Shown one piece after another: positions 27,801 to 38,219 of a DNA stretch of 64,000 nt. Position numbers and translations under genes: made by a program. Position 1 is the first letter of the stretch. The number at the start of each line of letters is the position of its first letter. The stretch spans positions 1-64,000 of the forward strand of contig JBBRCZ010000005.1 in NCBI GenBank assembly GCA_038204425.1. The letters run 5' to 3'. The DNA is from Spirochaetia bacterium (lineage in GTDB: Bacteria > Spirochaetota > Spirochaetia > DSM-27196 > Salinispiraceae). Below the pieces are notes generated by a model. It was not told where the DNA came from. It ran no database searches and saw nothing but the letters and a program-made list of their open reading frames with translations.

Positions 27801-29930
27801 ATGGAAACAAAAATCGGCGACGGCATAGTAAGAACTATCTGCAGCTATTGTAGTGTTGGTTGTGCACTTGATATACAAATTGTAGACGGCAAAGCAACAA
27901 AAGTTCTACCTGCCAAAGACTATCCGGTTAACCTTGGTAGAACCTGCACCAAAGGCTTCAATCTGCTCAAGGCCTATGATTCACCGGATCGGCAGCTCTA
28001 CCCAGAACTACGCCAAAGTGATGGCAGCTACCAAAGAATTGACTGGGATAGTGCTGCGACAATTTTTTCTACAAAGTTCAAACAGATCCAAGAGAGGCAT
28101 GGTAAAGATTCTGTTGCCTTTATTTCCACAGGACAAGTTCCATTTGAGGAGATGGCGGTACTCGGTGTGCTTGCAAAATTTGGCATGGGAATCAAACATG
28201 GTGACGGAAATACGCGCCAATGCATGGCAAGTGCCGTGGTAGCCTACAAGCAAAGTTTTGGTTTTGACGCGCCGCCTTTTTCGTATCAGGACGCCGAAGA
28301 ATCAGACCTACTCATCTTCGTAGGCGCCAATCCAGTCATTGCCCATCCAATTTTTTGGCAACGTGTAAAGATGAACCAAAACAATCCAAGTATTGTTTGC
28401 ATTGACCCACGATTGACCGAAACAGCAAAAGAAGCAATTCTGCACCTAGCAATCAAGCCCAAGAGTGATCTGAGTCTTCTCTACGCTCTGAGCAAATATT
28501 TGATTGATCATGATGCACTTGACAAACAGTTTATTCTTGACCATACGCAAGGATTTGATGAAATGGCCAAGCACGTGCAAGAATTTAGTATTGAGCGTGC
28601 TGAGCGGGACACGGGGATAGCGGCCTCAGAAATCACAAAACTGGCTCAGCTCATACAATCAAAAAAGAAGGTCAGCTTTTGGTGGACGATGGGAGTCAAT
28701 CAAGGTCATCAAGGTGTTCGCACCGCGCAAGCAATGATCAACATCGCTTTGATGACTGGCAATATTGGGCGGACAGGAACCGGTGCCAACAGCCTGACAG
28801 GACAATGTAACGCCATGGGTAGCCGACTGTTCTCCAATACTTCTAGTCTCATTTCGGGCCATGATTTTGCCGTCCCAGAACACCGACAAAAAGTTGCGGA
28901 TGCTCTTTCGATTCCTGTTGAAAGCATTCCTGACAACGCAGGCAAGAGCTACGATCAAATCTTGTCAGCGGTTGATGACGGCAGCATCAAAGGACTTTGG
29001 ATAATCTGCACCAACCCGGCGCACAGTTGGATTGACAAGCACGCTTTTTTTGAGACTATGAAAAAGCTGGACTTTTTGGTAGTGCAAGACATCTACAACT
29101 CAACCGAAACTATGATGATCGCCGACTTACGTCTGGCAGCTGCCGGATCTACCGAAAAAGAAGGTACTTTGATCAATAGCGAACGTCGCTTGGGCATCGT
29201 TCAAAAAGTAATGCAAGCTCCTGGCGAGGCGCTAAGTGACTTTGACATCTTTCATAAACTAGCCAAGTCCTGGGGATGTGAGCAAGTACTCGCCAAACTT
29301 CAGACCCCCGACCAAACATTTGAAGTCTTGGCCAGTTTGAGCAAAGGACGACCCTGCGATATTTCTGGTATCAGCAGTCGGGCACTTTTGGTCAAAAATG
29401 GTGGCATCCAGTGGCCTTGGCCACAGGGTGCAAACCCCGATGGTCCAGGACTTGGTGGCCAACACCGCTTATTATTTGCCGATGGCAAGTTTTTTCACCC
29501 CGATGGCAAGGCAAAGTTCCTGACAATCGAACCCGAGCCAGCTGGCGAATTACCTGATAATGACTACCCTTTTTGGCTGCTCACGGGACGTGGTACGATG
29601 CATCAATGGCATACGCAAACTCGTACCAGTAAAGTGGAACTGATAAAAAAAATGTACCCGTCCGAGGCCTACGTGGAAATTAACCCACTGGACGCTCAAA
29701 GACTAAACTTGGTCGACAAAGGCAAGGTTAAGGTAGAAACTCGTCGTGGGTCGATTTTGGTAGATGTCGCCATCAAAGACAGTGTGCAAGCCGGACACAT
29801 TTTTTTGCCGATGCACTACGCGCAGACCAACTATTTGACCTACTCATCATTTGATAGCTTTAGCCGCCAACCTTCGTACAAGATAGGTGCGGCTCGACTA
29901 ATTGCAACAGATGGCAGCATCGGTGGATAG
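27801..29930 (+). CDS. Cytoplasmic molybdopterin nitrate reductase catalytic subunit (NasA/NarB-like)
   Basis: CSYCSVGC..C 4Fe-4S motif, NTRQCMASA Mo-ligand motif, SLTGQCNAMG, QWHTQTRT, SRQPSYK; no Tat signal. Confidence 0.88.
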   Translation: METKIGDGIVRTICSYCSVGCALDIQIVDGKATKVLPAKDYPVNLGRTCTKGFNLLKAYDSPDRQLYPELRQSDGSYQRIDWDSAATIFSTKFKQIQERHGKDSVAFISTGQVPFEEMAVLGVLAKFGMGIKHGDGNTRQCMASAVVAYKQSFGFDAPPFSYQDAEESDLLIFVGANPVIAHPIFWQRVKMNQNNPSIVCIDPRLTETAKEAILHLAIKPKSDLSLLYALSKYLIDHDALDKQFILDHTQGFDEMAKHVQEFSIERAERDTGIAASEITKLAQLIQSKKKVSFWWTMGVNQGHQGVRTAQAMINIALMTGNIGRTGTGANSLTGQCNAMGSRLFSNTSSLISGHDFAVPEHRQKVADALSIPVESIPDNAGKSYDQILSAVDDGSIKGLWIICTNPAHSWIDKHAFFETMKKLDFLVVQDIYNSTETMMIADLRLAAAGSTEKEGTLINSERRLGIVQKVMQAPGEALSDFDIFHKLAKSWGCEQVLAKLQTPDQTFEVLASLSKGRPCDISGISSRALLVKNGGIQWPWPQGANPDGPGLGGQHRLLFADGKFFHPDGKAKFLTIEPEPAGELPDNDYPFWLLTGRGTMHQWHTQTRTSKVELIKKMYPSEAYVEINPLDAQRLNLVDKGKVKVETRRGSILVDVAIKDSVQAGHIFLPMHYAQTNYLTYSSFDSFSRQPSYKIGAARLIATDGSIGG

Positions 29931-30951
29931 ACTTGCCGCCAGTACGGAGGTCTTGGATGCCCGTCAACGTAAACTCTTTGATTTGCGCATCTCAGTTACT
30001 GACAATTGCAACATGCGTTGTACCTACTGCATGCCAGCCGAGATTTTTGGTCTCAACTATAAGTTTTTAGAGCACAACAAGCTGCTTAGTTTTGAAGAGA
30101 TTGCCCGGGTTGCGAAACTTAGCTACCAGCTTGGCGTGCGTACTTTCAAAATTACTGGTGGCGAACCGCTCACCAGACCTTTTATCCACCATTTAGTTGG
30201 CTTAATTCGAGAGGTCGCTCCTGAAGCGACCATTGCCCTAATTACCAACGGGCTACTTCTAGAGTCTCTGGCCCAACGGCTCAAAGACGCGGGACTGGAT
30301 CGACTGACGGTCAGTCTCGATACACTTGATGCCGCACGCTTCGCCACAATAAGCGGTCGCGGCCACCACTTAGAGCAAGTCATCGCCGGTATAGCAGCTG
30401 CGCGAAAAGCGGGGTTTAAACCTATTAAGATTAACATGGTTGTCATGCGAGGAAGCAATGACGACGAAGTACTAAGCATGGCTGAATACTTCAGAAACAC
30501 TGGCGATATTCTTCGTTTCATAGAGTTTATGGATGTAGGTACCTTAAACGATTGGCAAAGTACTAAAGTGGTGCCCTCCAGTGAGATTCTGGCTAGGCTG
30601 ATGCAAATTGGCAATCTTGAAGCCCAGCACCCAGCCCGAGCTGGTGAAACAGCCAAGCGCTACACATGGTCTGATGGTAGTGGCGAACTTGGTTTTATTT
30701 CCAGTATCAGCCAACCTTTTTGTGGAAACTGCACCCGCCTACGTTTGAGCGCCGACGGTCAAGTTTACAACTGCCTTTTTGCCAAAAAAGGTTGGGATCT
30801 ACGTAAACTCCTGCGAGATTCGAGTATAGAAGATGGTCAAGTCTCCCGTCTACTATCGCAGCACTGGCGACTAAGAGATGACCACTATTCGGCCGAAAGG
30901 GCTCAACAAAAACAGGCTGACAAAGTCGAGATGTTCTACATTGGAGGGTAA
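29911..30951 (+). CDS. moaA: GTP 3',8-cyclase
   Basis: [17 protein letters not shown] radical SAM motif, [11 protein letters not shown]-terminal MFYIGG. Confidence 0.96.
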   Translation: MAASVDRLAASTEVLDARQRKLFDLRISVTDNCNMRCTYCMPAEIFGLNYKFLEHNKLLSFEEIARVAKLSYQLGVRTFKITGGEPLTRPFIHHLVGLIREVAPEATIALITNGLLLESLAQRLKDAGLDRLTVSLDTLDAARFATISGRGHHLEQVIAGIAAARKAGFKPIKINMVVMRGSNDDEVLSMAEYFRNTGDILRFIEFMDVGTLNDWQSTKVVPSSEILARLMQIGNLEAQHPARAGETAKRYTWSDGSGELGFISSISQPFCGNCTRLRLSADGQVYNCLFAKKGWDLRKLLRDSSIEDGQVSRLLSQHWRLRDDHYSAERAQQKQADKVEMFYIGG

Positions 30952-30952
30952 T

Positions 30953-31450
30953 TTGACGCACTTAAATGCCAAGCTTCAAGCTCAAATGGTGGATGTTTCT
31001 GGCAAAGAACCAAGCACTCGCACAGCTCGCGCCCAAGGTCTGGTCTATTTACCAGATCAAGCCGCTCAGGCCTTGGGGCTTAAACAAAGCCAAGACTTTC
31101 CTCTTGGAAAGCACGAAATTATAGGTCCCAAGGGGCCAGTTTTTCAGACCGCTATTATTGCCGGCATTATGGCCGCCAAAAAGACTAGCAGCTTAATTCC
31201 GCTCTGCCACCCACTCGCGCTAGACAAGGTTGAAATAGACATAGTAGTTAACGAGGCAGGTCTGATAGAAATTGTGGCATGCTGCAAAACCCAGCATAAG
31301 ACTGGTGTAGAAATGGAAGCTCTGACCGCGGTCAGCGTAGCTGCGTTGACAATTTATGATATGTGTAAAGCGCTTAGTCACGACATCGAGATTAGGTCGA
31401 TTCGATTGTTGGAAAAAACGGGCGGAAAGTCAGACTATGGAAAGCACTAG
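30953..31450 (+). CDS. moaC: Cyclic pyranopterin monophosphate synthase
   Basis: [36 protein letters not shown] start after GGAGG. Confidence 0.95.
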   Translation: MTHLNAKLQAQMVDVSGKEPSTRTARAQGLVYLPDQAAQALGLKQSQDFPLGKHEIIGPKGPVFQTAIIAGIMAAKKTSSLIPLCHPLALDKVEIDIVVNEAGLIEIVACCKTQHKTGVEMEALTAVSVAALTIYDMCKALSHDIEIRSIRLLEKTGGKSDYGKH

Positions 31451-32618
31451 GCACCCAAAACCCGGCTTGCAGCCTCATTATCATCAGTTTGAACTAGCTA
31501 TTTGCGGTTATAAAAACAGCGGCAAGACCAGCTTGATCGTGTCCTTGGTTCGAGCTCTATCAAAAAAATACAACTTGGCCTATCTCAAACACGATGCCCA
31601 TCACTTTGAACTGGACCATCAAGGCAAAGACACTTGGCTCGTCAAACAAGCCGGCGCTCACGAAGTGACGATTGCTAATGCCGAAAAATTCGGGCACTAC
31701 GGTGGCGGCGAGCAAGCCAGCATGCTCGATACTTTTCAGTTCCTGTCATGTGATGCACTTTTGGTCGAGGGTCACAAAATGAGCTCAATGCAACGCGTAA
31801 TGTTGGTGGATCAAGAAGCGACTATTTTTGACGATCCAGCCTGGACAGACAGTCCACCGCTAGCTGTTGTGATGCCTTGGCAAACAAATACTGCAGCATG
31901 GCAACGCTGCATTGACCAAGCTCGGGCTCGTTTTGGCACTATTCCATGTTTTTTTCGCAACGACATAGACCAAATTGCTTCGTTTGTAGAAGGTTTATGG
32001 CAGCGCAAGAAACCTGCCCTATTTGGCCTGATCCTGACGGGAGGAAAATCGCAGCGCATGGGCAGCGACAAGGCATTGTTGCCGTACCATGGCCAAAGTC
32101 AGATAAAACGAGCCGCAGCGCTCTTGGAGCAGACCTGCCAAGAGGTTTTTGTTTCGTGCCGTGCTGACCAAGAGCATGACCCTGTTAGGAGCAAGTACGA
32201 AAGCATTGCGGATAGCTTTGCAGCTATGGGACCAACATCGGGCATACTTTCGGCACTGCGTTTTGGCAATGAGCGCGCCAAGCAAACTGCGGGGTTGCCG
32301 CCTGCTTGGTTGGTCTTGGCTTGCGACTTGCCCAAGGTGGATGCTCATGTTTTGGCCCAATTGACCCAAGCGAGAGATTTTTTTCGCTTTGCGACTGCAT
32401 TTTACAACAGCGATGGTTTGCCAGAACCGCTTTGTACCATCTATGAGCCCAAGGCCTACGGCAGACTATTGCAGTTTATTGCCCGTGCTTATGAATGCCC
32501 AAGAAAGTTTTTGATCAATAGCCGCATCAAGACTTTGGCGCCACCAAGCCCAGATTGCCTCGACAATGCCAATTCTCCCGAGGACTACCAAAGGATTAGC
32601 CATGATCTCAGTAGCTGA
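31437..32618 (+). CDS. mobA: MobB-MobA fusion (molybdopterin-guanine dinucleotide biosynthesis)
   Basis: N-terminal [18 protein letters not shown] (MobB); C-terminal [27 protein letters not shown] (MobA). Confidence 0.9.
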   Translation: MESTRHPKPGLQPHYHQFELAICGYKNSGKTSLIVSLVRALSKKYNLAYLKHDAHHFELDHQGKDTWLVKQAGAHEVTIANAEKFGHYGGGEQASMLDTFQFLSCDALLVEGHKMSSMQRVMLVDQEATIFDDPAWTDSPPLAVVMPWQTNTAAWQRCIDQARARFGTIPCFFRNDIDQIASFVEGLWQRKKPALFGLILTGGKSQRMGSDKALLPYHGQSQIKRAAALLEQTCQEVFVSCRADQEHDPVRSKYESIADSFAAMGPTSGILSALRFGNERAKQTAGLPPAWLVLACDLPKVDAHVLAQLTQARDFFRFATAFYNSDGLPEPLCTIYEPKAYGRLLQFIARAYECPRKFLINSRIKTLAPPSPDCLDNANSPEDYQRISHDLSS

Positions 32619-33843
32619 AGCCGACGCAGTTATCAGCAAGGCTGTAAAAGAGAGTTATGCTGAGCGAGTTTACGTCCAACCCTATCAAAAAGTCTCACTT
32701 GAGTCTTCATTGGGAAGAACTATGACCGAGGACTTGCTTGCAGACCGAGACCAGCCACCTTTTGACAGGGTTGCTATGGATGGTTTATCCATCAAGTTCG
32801 ATCCTGCCGTTTTGGACCAAACACTCAATAAAGTTGCATATCTGCAGGCTGGAAGCCCAAACATTTTTGGTTCACCATGGACGCAAGCTAATGATGCACT
32901 GGAAGTAATGACGGGTGCCGCCTTAATAGAGCCATGGAATACCATCATCCCGTGGGAGGACTTGGACCAAGTCGGCACCGACAACCTTGGTAGTTGGCGC
33001 ATTAAGGCAGGACTTAGGGTCCGTGAGGATCAACACATTCATCATCGCGCTAGTGATTATGCAGCCGGACAAAACTTGCTGCAGTCCGGCACTACCATCG
33101 GACCTGCACATATTCACTTGCTAGCAAGCAACGGCGTAAGCAACGTAAGTGTCTACCGCCAGCCTCAAATTGCACTTGTATCTACAGGTGACGAGCTTGT
33201 GGCGGTGGAAGATACACCCTTGCCCCATCAAATCCGGCGCAGCAACCTAATAGCGATAGCCGCCGCCTTACACCGCCTTGGCCTAACGAGCAAGTATAAC
33301 GCTCATGCCATTGATGAGCGGGAAGACTTACATACCAAGCTGGCTCTTGCCCTCCAGACCTGCGACATTGTGATTGTTTCTGGTGCCGTTTCAATGGGCA
33401 GTTTTGACTTAGTGCCTTCCATCTTGCAAGAACTGGGCTGCTCGTGCCTCTTTCACAAGATTGCGCAAAAGCCAGGCAAGCCATTATGGTTTGGCAAAGG
33501 GCCACACGGCCAATTGATTTTTGCGCTTCCTGGCAATCCTGTTTCTAGTTTAGTATGCTTTAGACGCTTGGTTCTTCCTTGGATATGCCCCGCTTTAAAT
33601 GCTGCCAACATGCTTCACCTTCCCTTGGCAGAAGACTGCAATCCTGCTCACAGTGGCTTTACCCGTTTTGCACCAGCATGCCTTGTGGATCAAGGATTTG
33701 GCCCGAGCCAACTCAGCCTAGGCAAAGCACAAGGCTCAGGAAACTTTTTTAGTTTGATACCCAGTGATGGAATAGTAGAAATTCCGCCAAATGATAAACC
33801 CTACCCGGCGGGAAGCGTCGTTCGCTTCTTTCCTTGGTATTAA
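32602..33843 (+). CDS. moeA: Molybdopterin molybdotransferase
   Basis: PPFDRVAMDG, STGDEL, SGAVSMG, KPGKP, LPGNPVS. Confidence 0.95.
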   Translation: MISVAEADAVISKAVKESYAERVYVQPYQKVSLESSLGRTMTEDLLADRDQPPFDRVAMDGLSIKFDPAVLDQTLNKVAYLQAGSPNIFGSPWTQANDALEVMTGAALIEPWNTIIPWEDLDQVGTDNLGSWRIKAGLRVREDQHIHHRASDYAAGQNLLQSGTTIGPAHIHLLASNGVSNVSVYRQPQIALVSTGDELVAVEDTPLPHQIRRSNLIAIAAALHRLGLTSKYNAHAIDEREDLHTKLALALQTCDIVIVSGAVSMGSFDLVPSILQELGCSCLFHKIAQKPGKPLWFGKGPHGQLIFALPGNPVSSLVCFRRLVLPWICPALNAANMLHLPLAEDCNPAHSGFTRFAPACLVDQGFGPSQLSLGKAQGSGNFFSLIPSDGIVEIPPNDKPYPAGSVVRFFPWY

Positions 33844-33853
33844 GGATACAGCT

Positions 33854-34093
33854 ATGACCGTTCGTCTTCGATACTTTGCGGCATTTAGAGAAATCTGCCA
33901 ATTGGACCAAGAGACCTATTGCGGCCAGTTTAAAACTGTGGCCGATCTATATGAGCTTATTTGCAAAAAATATCAGTTTACGCTGAATATGCAACAAACT
34001 CGTCCTGCGATTAACGACCGTTTTTGTGCTTGGGACAATGCTCTTCAAGAAAATGACTTGGTAGTGTTTATTCCTCCTGTGGCTGGAGGCTGA
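33854..34093 (+). CDS. moaD: Molybdopterin synthase sulfur carrier
   Basis: YFAAFRE; C-terminal FIPPVAGG. Confidence 0.93.
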   Translation: MTVRLRYFAAFREICQLDQETYCGQFKTVADLYELICKKYQFTLNMQQTRPAINDRFCAWDNALQENDLVVFIPPVAGG

Positions 34094-34095
34094 GT

Positions 34096-34554
34096 ATGTC
34101 ACTACAAAACGAGGCCAACACTCGGGCCAAATTTATGTTGAGTCAAGGCCCTGTACATTTAGAGTACCAGCATTCTTGCAGTCCAGAATCGGGCGCCTTA
34201 GTCAGCTTTGATGGTTTAGTTCGCAACAACAACGAAGGCAAAGACGTCTTACGACTTGAATACTCGGCCTATGCCGAACTAGCCCTGCACGAAGGTAGTC
34301 TGATCGTTAAAGAGGCTGTTGACTGTTTCGCTTTGCAGGCCGCCCTTTGCAGTCACGCTCTTGGTGTACTTGAAATAGGCCAGCTTGCGGTCAGCATTAG
34401 GGTTTGGGCCTCGCATCGCGGTGAGGGCTTTGAAGCCTGCCGTTGGATTATTGACCAAGTAAAGTCTCGCGTCCCTATCTGGAAGAAAGAAAGCTACACC
34501 GACGGGACATGCGAATGGGTCTTGTGCCAGCATGTGGGACACCATGGACACTGA
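34096..34554 (+). CDS. moaE: Molybdopterin synthase catalytic subunit
   Basis: GALVSFDGLVR, LEYSAY, HR.EGF, KSRVPIWKKE. Confidence 0.95.
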   Translation: MSLQNEANTRAKFMLSQGPVHLEYQHSCSPESGALVSFDGLVRNNNEGKDVLRLEYSAYAELALHEGSLIVKEAVDCFALQAALCSHALGVLEIGQLAVSIRVWASHRGEGFEACRWIIDQVKSRVPIWKKESYTDGTCEWVLCQHVGHHGH

Positions 34555-35653
34555 CGAAGCGCCCTCCAGCCAACGCTATCAACGCCACTTTGGCCTCGAA
34601 GGCTGGGGTTCGGCTGGTCAGAAAAAGCTAGGCAAGACCAGAGTATTGATTGTTGGACTGGGCGGACTTGGTTGTCCGGCCGCGCGCTATTTGGCGGCCG
34701 CTGGCGTCGGCACTCTGATCTTGATGGACCCTGACAAGGTAGAACTGAGTAATCTTCAAAGGCAAGTTCTCTACGATGATGCCGACTGCGGCTCGACCAA
34801 AGTCAGCGTAGCCGGCCACAAGTTGCGCGCACAAAATCCCTTAATCAAGGTCGTAGAAATAAAGGACTATTTTAGAGCAGACATCGATCCAGATTTTGTT
34901 GCGTCACTTGACCTAGTTCTTGATTGCACCGACAATTTTGCAAGTCGCTTTGCAATTCATGATATTTGCAGACAATTTTCAATCAACCTTGTACAAGCTG
35001 CCCTCTACACATGGGAGGGTCAACTGGCAGTTTTTGACTTTGGCGAACAGACGCAAGGTCCTTGTCTACGCTGCCTGTGGCCAGAGCAGCCGCTCGACGG
35101 TTGTGTTGGAACTTGTGGTGAACTTGGCGTAGCCGGAGCCCTGGCAGGTGCGCTCGGAAGCCTTCAGGCCTTAAGTGGACTACGTATTTTGCTCGGCCTG
35201 CCATGCCAAAAGCGCGGCGAGCTCTTTATTCTCGATGGACGTAACATGCAAAGTCGCATCTTAAACTGGGAAGTCTGCACCACATGCAGCTGCCAACGAG
35301 TCGCCAAGTACGATAAAGCGCACGTCCTGGCAACACACCCGACCAGCGACTTTGATCAATTGAACCAGAAAGTGATACTCGATATTCGAGAAACCCACGA
35401 AATCGGCCTGGATGACTACAGCATCTTAGAAAATTATGGCGCTAGCCGCATCACCCACCTTTCCAAAAGCAAACTGGTGAGCATGTCAGCTCAAGCCATT
35501 GCTCAACACTGCGGTCCCAACAATGAGCCAGTCACTATCATCTGCTCCGCCGGAGTGCGCAGCGCCATAATAGTCGACTATCTAAAAAAAAACGGTTACC
35601 AGAACTTTGTTTCTTTGGATGGGGGCATGATGGGTATCAAGCAAAGGCGCTAA
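34544..35653 (+). CDS. moeB: MoeB/ThiF adenylyltransferase with C-terminal rhodanese domain
   Basis: RYQRH, GLGGLG, SNLQRQ, DCTDN, PCLRC; rhodanese ICSAGVRS..SLDGG. Confidence 0.92.
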   Translation: MDTDEAPSSQRYQRHFGLEGWGSAGQKKLGKTRVLIVGLGGLGCPAARYLAAAGVGTLILMDPDKVELSNLQRQVLYDDADCGSTKVSVAGHKLRAQNPLIKVVEIKDYFRADIDPDFVASLDLVLDCTDNFASRFAIHDICRQFSINLVQAALYTWEGQLAVFDFGEQTQGPCLRCLWPEQPLDGCVGTCGELGVAGALAGALGSLQALSGLRILLGLPCQKRGELFILDGRNMQSRILNWEVCTTCSCQRVAKYDKAHVLATHPTSDFDQLNQKVILDIRETHEIGLDDYSILENYGASRITHLSKSKLVSMSAQAIAQHCGPNNEPVTIICSAGVRSAIIVDYLKKNGYQNFVSLDGGMMGIKQRR

Positions 35654-35660
35654 TGGAACC

Positions 35661-35699
35661 TTGACTCACCAGTCAATATATGTACATATGTACATATAT
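35661..35699 (+). promoter_or_regulatory. ars promoter/operator
   Basis: TTGACT at 35661; perfect 24-bp palindrome ATATATGTACATATGTACATATAT (35676-35699) overlapping the start codon. Confidence 0.7.
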
Positions 35700-36576
35700 G
35701 CACTCTTTCAGCTACTTTCAGGCACTTTCCGACGAAACGCGACTGCGTTGTTTTAGGGTTTTGGCTTCTAGCCCAGTAAGTCTATGTGTAGCTGAGTTGG
35801 TCGATATAGTGCAGAAAGCTCAATACAGCATTAGCCATTCACTGGCCGAACTTCGTAAAGCAGAGCTCGTGCTTGAAGACCGTCAAGGAAAACTAGTTTT
35901 TTACTCACCAAACTTTAACGGTGCCACAGGTGCCGCCATAAAAGAACTCTCTCGTTGGGTAATCAATCACTGTGAATGCCATGACTTAAGCCAGGCTGCT
36001 AAAAACAAGAACAATGACGGCTCGTCGCGTCCTGGCAACAAAACGTGTGGCTACGACCATGAGCGACTGCAATGGCGGCTGGCGATGCGAAACGACGGAA
36101 ACGTTGTATACACTTACCGTCAGCAGAGTTCTCTCACAAAAACGGCCACCTACAAAGCTAGGGTACTGTTTGTTTGCACTCACAACGCTGCCCGCAGCCA
36201 GATCGCTAGCGCCTACTTACGTCAACTTGCCCCAGATTCATTTGAGGCACAGAGCGCTGGAATAGAACCCGGCCAACTCAACCCTTATGTGATTAAAGTT
36301 CTCGCCGAACAAAGTATCGACATTTCTGCCAATAAGCCGCGCTCGGTCGCCGAAGTCTATCAGAACGCCAATACTTACGATTACGTGATAACTGTTTGCA
36401 GTCCGGAAGCCGAGGCCGACTGCCCGGTCTTTCCTGGGCCTGTCCAACGCCTTTCTTGGCCTTTTGCCGATCCGAGCAAATTTACTGGAACTGAAGAAGA
36501 AATTATGCAAGGCGTTAGGTCGCTTTGCCACAAGATAAAAGGCAAGATTGAGGAGTTTATTGATGAACAAAGTTAA
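35698..36576 (+). CDS. arsR: ArsR/SmtB regulator fused to LMW-PTP-type arsenate reductase
   Basis: FQALSDETRL..LCVAEL..ISHSLAELRKA HTH; C-terminal FVCTHNAARSQ..TVC..CPVFPG..WPFADP. Confidence 0.88.
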   Translation: MHSFSYFQALSDETRLRCFRVLASSPVSLCVAELVDIVQKAQYSISHSLAELRKAELVLEDRQGKLVFYSPNFNGATGAAIKELSRWVINHCECHDLSQAAKNKNNDGSSRPGNKTCGYDHERLQWRLAMRNDGNVVYTYRQQSSLTKTATYKARVLFVCTHNAARSQIASAYLRQLAPDSFEAQSAGIEPGQLNPYVIKVLAEQSIDISANKPRSVAEVYQNANTYDYVITVCSPEAEADCPVFPGPVQRLSWPFADPSKFTGTEEEIMQGVRSLCHKIKGKIEEFIDEQS

Positions 36577-37648
36577 GCCCTCGGGCGCGGGGATCAGTTT
36601 TTTTGAACGCTACCTAACTTTATGGGTTTTAATCTGTATGGCAGCCGGCATTGCTATCGGCCAGTTTTTGCCGAGCATACCGCGCTTTCTTGGACAGTTT
36701 GAGTACGCCAAAATCTCGATACCAATCGCTATACTTATTTGGGTGATGGTCTACCCCATGATGATGAAGGTAGACTTTAAAAGCATCTTAAATGTCGGCA
36801 AAAACCCTCAAGGATTGTTTGTCACATGGATTGCCAATTGGGTCATCAAGCCGTTTACCATGTTTGGTATTTCGGCCTTCTTCTTCTATGTAGTATTTCA
36901 GGCGCTAATTCCACCGCAACTGGCCAAAGACTATTTGGCTGGAGCTGTCCTCTTGGGTGCGGCACCGTGCACTGCCATGGTCTTTGTCTGGAGTCATCTA
37001 ACCAAAGGAAACCCAGCTTATACGGTAGTGCAAGTTGCCACCAATGATCTTATCATTTTGGTCGCCTTTGCACCGATTGTAGCCCTACTGCTTGGTGTTT
37101 CAGGCGTTCCAATCCCCTGGGATACCTTGCTCTTGTCAGTTTTACTTTTTGTCCTCATTCCCTTGAGCGCTGGCATAATTACTCGGCTGGCAATTGTAAA
37201 GAAAAGTGGCCTCGACTTCTTCCAGAAAGAATTTTTGCCAAAGTTTAACAACGTCACCATAATTGGCCTGCTACTAACTCTGGTAATAATCTTTTCCTTC
37301 CAAGGAGAAGTGATTCTCGCCAATCCGCTACACATACTCTTAATTGCAGTTCCTCTGATTATTCAAACAGTGCTAATTTTTGCCCTTGCCTATGGGGCCT
37401 GTAAAGCACTCAAACTGCCACACGACATCGCCGCTCCAGCCGGCATGGTGGGAGCTTCTAACTTTTTTGAACTCTCCGTAGCAGTTGCAATCGCAATCTT
37501 TGGCCCAAGCTCACCAGTGGCCTTGGCGACTATCGTAGGCGTTTTAGTGGAAGTTCCGGTGATGCTTGGCTTAGTTAAGTTTGCCAATCGAACCAAAGCT
37601 TGGTTTCCACCAAGTCAACCGCAATCAAAAATAGAAGGAGCACAATGA
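36563..37648 (+). CDS. acr3: ACR3 family arsenite efflux transporter
   Basis: FFERYLTLWV, APCTAMVFVW, ASNFFEL, GVLVEVPVML. Confidence 0.96.
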   Translation: MNKVKPSGAGISFFERYLTLWVLICMAAGIAIGQFLPSIPRFLGQFEYAKISIPIAILIWVMVYPMMMKVDFKSILNVGKNPQGLFVTWIANWVIKPFTMFGISAFFFYVVFQALIPPQLAKDYLAGAVLLGAAPCTAMVFVWSHLTKGNPAYTVVQVATNDLIILVAFAPIVALLLGVSGVPIPWDTLLLSVLLFVLIPLSAGIITRLAIVKKSGLDFFQKEFLPKFNNVTIIGLLLTLVIIFSFQGEVILANPLHILLIAVPLIIQTVLIFALAYGACKALKLPHDIAAPAGMVGASNFFELSVAVAIAIFGPSSPVALATIVGVLVEVPVMLGLVKFANRTKAWFPPSQPQSKIEGAQ

Positions 37649-38076
37649 TGGACAAAAAACGAGTAATATTTATCTGCATCCACAACTCCGGTCGCAGCCA
37701 AATTGGCGAAGCATTTTTGCGCCACATGGCCGGCGATCGCTTTGAAGTGCATAGCGCAGGTATAGAAGCTGGTAAACTCAATCCCTTGGTCGTCAAGGCC
37801 ATGGAAGAACGCAAGATCAGCATGGAAGGACATTTTGCCAAAAAAGCAAGTGACTATATTGAGCGAAGCGAACAGTTTGACTACATCATTACGGTTTGTG
37901 ACGAGATCAACGCCGAACGCTGCCCAGTTTTTCCAGGAAAAGCAAAACGCCTGCATTGGGGATTTCCAGACCCCAGCGCGCTTGGCGGCAGCGATATCGA
38001 AAAGTTGGCCGCCATTCGGCCAATACGAGACAACATTGAAGCCAAGATTAAAGAATGGATCAGTGATCCAGTTTAA
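37645..38076 (+). CDS. arsC: Arsenate reductase (LMW-PTP fold, thioredoxin type)
   Basis: FICIHNSGRSQ, TVC..CPVFPG, HWGFPDP; ATGA overlap with acr3. Confidence 0.92.
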   Translation: MMDKKRVIFICIHNSGRSQIGEAFLRHMAGDRFEVHSAGIEAGKLNPLVVKAMEERKISMEGHFAKKASDYIERSEQFDYIITVCDEINAERCPVFPGKAKRLHWGFPDPSALGGSDIEKLAAIRPIRDNIEAKIKEWISDPV

Positions 38077-38105
38077 AAAAAGCGCCCCGCTAGGCGCTTT
38101 TTTTT
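38075..38105. terminator. Intrinsic terminator after arsC
   Basis: AAAAAAAGCGCC-CCGCTA-GGCGCTTTTTTTT. Confidence 0.85.
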
Positions 38106-38185
38106 GCTTATTCTTGTCAACTATTCATTAATTTTTTTACAAAACCCTCTTTACAAACATACTATACGGGTTTACATTGTAGTTA

Positions 38186-38202
38186 GGTTTATTCTATAAA
38201 CC
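38186..38202. promoter_or_regulatory. Candidate operator upstream of the membrane protein/wHTH operon
   Basis: Inverted repeat GGTTTAT-TCT-ATAAACC just upstream of the RBS. Confidence 0.4.
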
Positions 38203-38219
38203 AGTTTATGGAGGAACAA

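Noticed and set aside
35661..35676. TTGAC-N6-GTCAA as a third CRP/FNR site
   Set aside because: Spacer is 6, not 4; better read as the ars -35 region.
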